NCBI GenBank assembly: GCA_964016885.1
Contig: OZ024757.1
Span: 5,208,001-5,272,000 of the forward strand
Length of the DNA stretch: 64,000 nucleotides
Direction: 5' to 3'
DNA from: Eledone cirrhosa
Taxonomy: Eukaryota
The position numbers were made by a program, and so were the translations under genes. Shown here one piece after another: positions 61,502 to 64,000 of this stretch (position 1 is the stretch's first letter; each line of letters starts with the position of its first letter). The notes beneath the pieces were generated by a model that saw only the letters and a program-made list of their open reading frames with translations, made no database searches and was not told where the DNA came from.

Positions 61502-61944
61502 GACTTCTAAAGGACAAAGTTGACCTCGGCAGAGTTTGAACTCAGAATATAATATGTCAGAACAAATGCTGGGACAAATTCAATGCTCTAAGGACTCTGC
61601 CAATGAGCCACTTATGTGGAAAATGCGAGTTGTGGTGTAGATTGTAATCAAGAAGAAAAAAAACCCAGAAAATGAAACAGAAATAAAAAAATAAAAAAAA
61701 GAGAAGAAAACAATGAGGTGTTTGTTTTTAAAAAATCCAATTTCCTCTGTTGAAGCAAGGAATTTGTTTTTACTGTGGTAGAGGATATTATTATCATAGT
61801 TAATCACTCAACCATGAAGTGAATAGGTCTATCTGTCTAATCAGGAATGACCTCCTAAGATTACAAGGTTACATTAAAAAAAAACAAATGAAAGAAAAAA
61901 CAAAGTGAGAGTAGAAAGTTTTGTATCCAACACACACTAAGGCA

Positions 61945-62107
61945 AGTAGTAGTAGTAGTAATAGTAGCAGTAGCAGTTGTAGTAATCAGAGTAGTAGCAG
62001 CAGCAATAATAATAGTTGTGGTAGCAGTAGTAATAGAAGTAACAGTAGCAGCAGTAGTTATAGTAGAAATAGTAGTAGTATCAGCAACAGTCGTTATAGT
62101 AGTAGTA
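61945..62107. repeat. Degenerate (AGT/AGC/AAT)n trinucleotide repeat
   Basis: Direct inspection. Confidence 0.9.
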
Positions 62108-62249
62108 TGTGTTTTACCAAGGGAAAAAACAGAGATCATACTGAGAAAAGTTTGAATTCCTCAGGGAAAGATCATCAGCCCAGAAGTTTAAATTCACTCA
62201 TAGAAAGCAAGAAAAAAATACAAGAAATAAAATAAAATAATAATAATAA

Positions 62250-62735
62250 TAGTTTCTTATATAGGCACAAGGCTAACAATGTCGGGGTGAAGGGAAAGTT
62301 GATTAAATCGACCCCAGTACAGGAACTTTATTTTATCAACTCCTCAACAGGATTTGAACTCAGAATGTGAAGGGACATAACTATATGCCACAAAACATGC
62401 TGTCCAATGTTCTACTCATACTGCCAATCCACTGCCCTAAATAATAATAGTGGTTTTTGATTTAGGCACAAGGCCAACATTTTAGGGGGAGGGGAAAGTC
62501 AATTAAATCACCTCAGTGCATTACTGGTACTTTATTTTATCGAGCCCATACAGATGAAAGAATAATAATAATAATAATTGTTTCTACTGTTGGTACAAGG
62601 CCAGGAATTATCTCAGTACATTACTGGTACTTTATTTTATCGACCCCGTAAGGATGAAAGTTAAAATTAACCTCAGCGGGATTTGAACTCAAACCATAAA
62701 GAGGCGCAACTGTGCTGATTCTGCCAATCCAATAA
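62250..62735 (-). mobile_element. Three head-to-tail SINE copies separated by (TAA)n
   Basis: The ggcacaaggc…cagtac…ctttattttatc motif occurs at ~62263, ~62465 and ~62592, each preceded by aataat repeats. Confidence 0.8.
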
Positions 62736-64000
62736 TAACATACTCTCACTAAAAAAGTGTGAAGTGAAAAATATTTGTAACAACTTTATAGAAATATATT
62801 ATCTCCATCAGTTGGTAATATATTGATCGATCAAATAAATCCCAGACCTCACTCATTTAGCAAGTGGGGTGGAAGTTGTCAAATCAGACCAAGGAAACAA
62901 TGTTTCCATTGCTAATATTATCTATTGGTTGCAAATCTTGGCAGAAAGAGCAACATGAAATAAAGTGTCGTGCAAGGACATAACACATCACCTGGTTTGA
63001 GAATTGAATTTGCAACCTCACAATTGTGAATTGCCTTCACAGATAATATATACTAACAACAATGTTATTTCTGTATGTATCCAGTGTAGAATAGGTATGC
63101 CATATCCCTGTGTCATTAGACAGTGACTAAGTAAGTTGGCACTATGAAGGGCATCCAACCAAGAAATAATGTCATCTTCAAGTGGACCACATGATGAGTA
63201 TGAAGCTGGTGAGGGATCTCAGATGGTTATTCCTTGGGTTTACTCAACAAACGAACTCAAAGTGCCCATGTGTGTGTGGGGGAGGGGGTCAGTCCAATTT
63301 AGAGTAGTTACATCAAATCCTTGAATGTCATAGGAAGCAACTATAAGGGGTTGATATCAGACAGACAGAACTCCGTGGTGAATATGAAGAGAATATCATG
63401 GGACTCATAAGGCTAACCAACTGGCCTTAGAAGGGGAAAGGCCTTAAAATGCTTGGTTGTCGTTGTACAATAAAAGTTTTATCACTGTCACATTATTTTA
63501 TATATACTATTATATTTTCATGGTAAAGGCTTTACCTCACATAATATTGAATCTATGAGATTTTGAAAGTATTTATTTTGAGAACAATACCTTAACATCA
63601 GTTTGAGCGACCAGTTACAGCCAGTTTCAACAGAAAGAGGTAGAGAATTCTGGCTGGTTTTGGCCGGTTTGAACATTAAAGGGTTAAAGTATTATCACTG
63701 TCACAAATATTTTTGATTATTAATCTCACCATAATTCTCATCCTAACAATACTAAGAATATCTTGAAATGCTTCTTTCAGCAATTATGTTTAACAATATC
63801 CTCAACATTGCATTGTTTTGAGTGTTTGTGTGTTTGTGTGTGTGTGTTAAGTATTTCCATAGAAAAAGTAGAGGAAAGAAGAGTGATCTATGTATTGTAC
63901 ACACAAACACATACACTTGTATGTAAGTCACAGCCTGCTTACCATATTTTGGTTTCACTGTTTAATAATCTACATTCAGAGAAAGATTCCGTAACTGAAG

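Overview
This is eukaryotic, AT-rich DNA dense in (TA)n and (TAA)n microsatellites. The recurring tRNA-derived SINE (…ctggtactttattttatcgaccccg-aaggatgaaaggcaaagttaacctcggc…gaactcag) resembles octopod cephalopod SINEs as I recall them; the taxon is inferred, not proven. Most ORFs in the track are artefacts of repeats. Layout: (1) 1-13.2 kb is a homogenised tandem array of a ~1.44-kb unit that decays into old diverged copies up to ~17.3 kb. (2) 17.3-22.5 kb holds a well-formed hammerhead ribozyme, a Penelope-like GIY-YIG relic, and the only convincing host-gene candidate: a 2-exon, 95-aa Arg-rich orphan on the minus strand with two perfect CRE palindromes upstream. (3) 22.5-33.4 kb is a pile-up of decayed CRE-clade, Tx1/L1-clade, Penelope-like and RTE retroelements. 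(4) 33.5-48.9 kb is a co-oriented cluster of R4/Dong-clade RLE retrotransposons from two families, one copy nearly intact. All end in (TAA)n and alternate with a thrice-repeated non-coding companion module. Family B has a predicted nested double-pseudoknot at its 5' end, and copies of both families carry an in-frame TGA at the same Cys-homologous codon. (5) 49-64 kb contains MITEs, a minisatellite, a second CRE+Tx1 juxtaposition, an inverted pair of hammerheads with an expanded stem II, and SINEs. All translations, alignments and RNA folds were done by eye and element boundaries are approximate.
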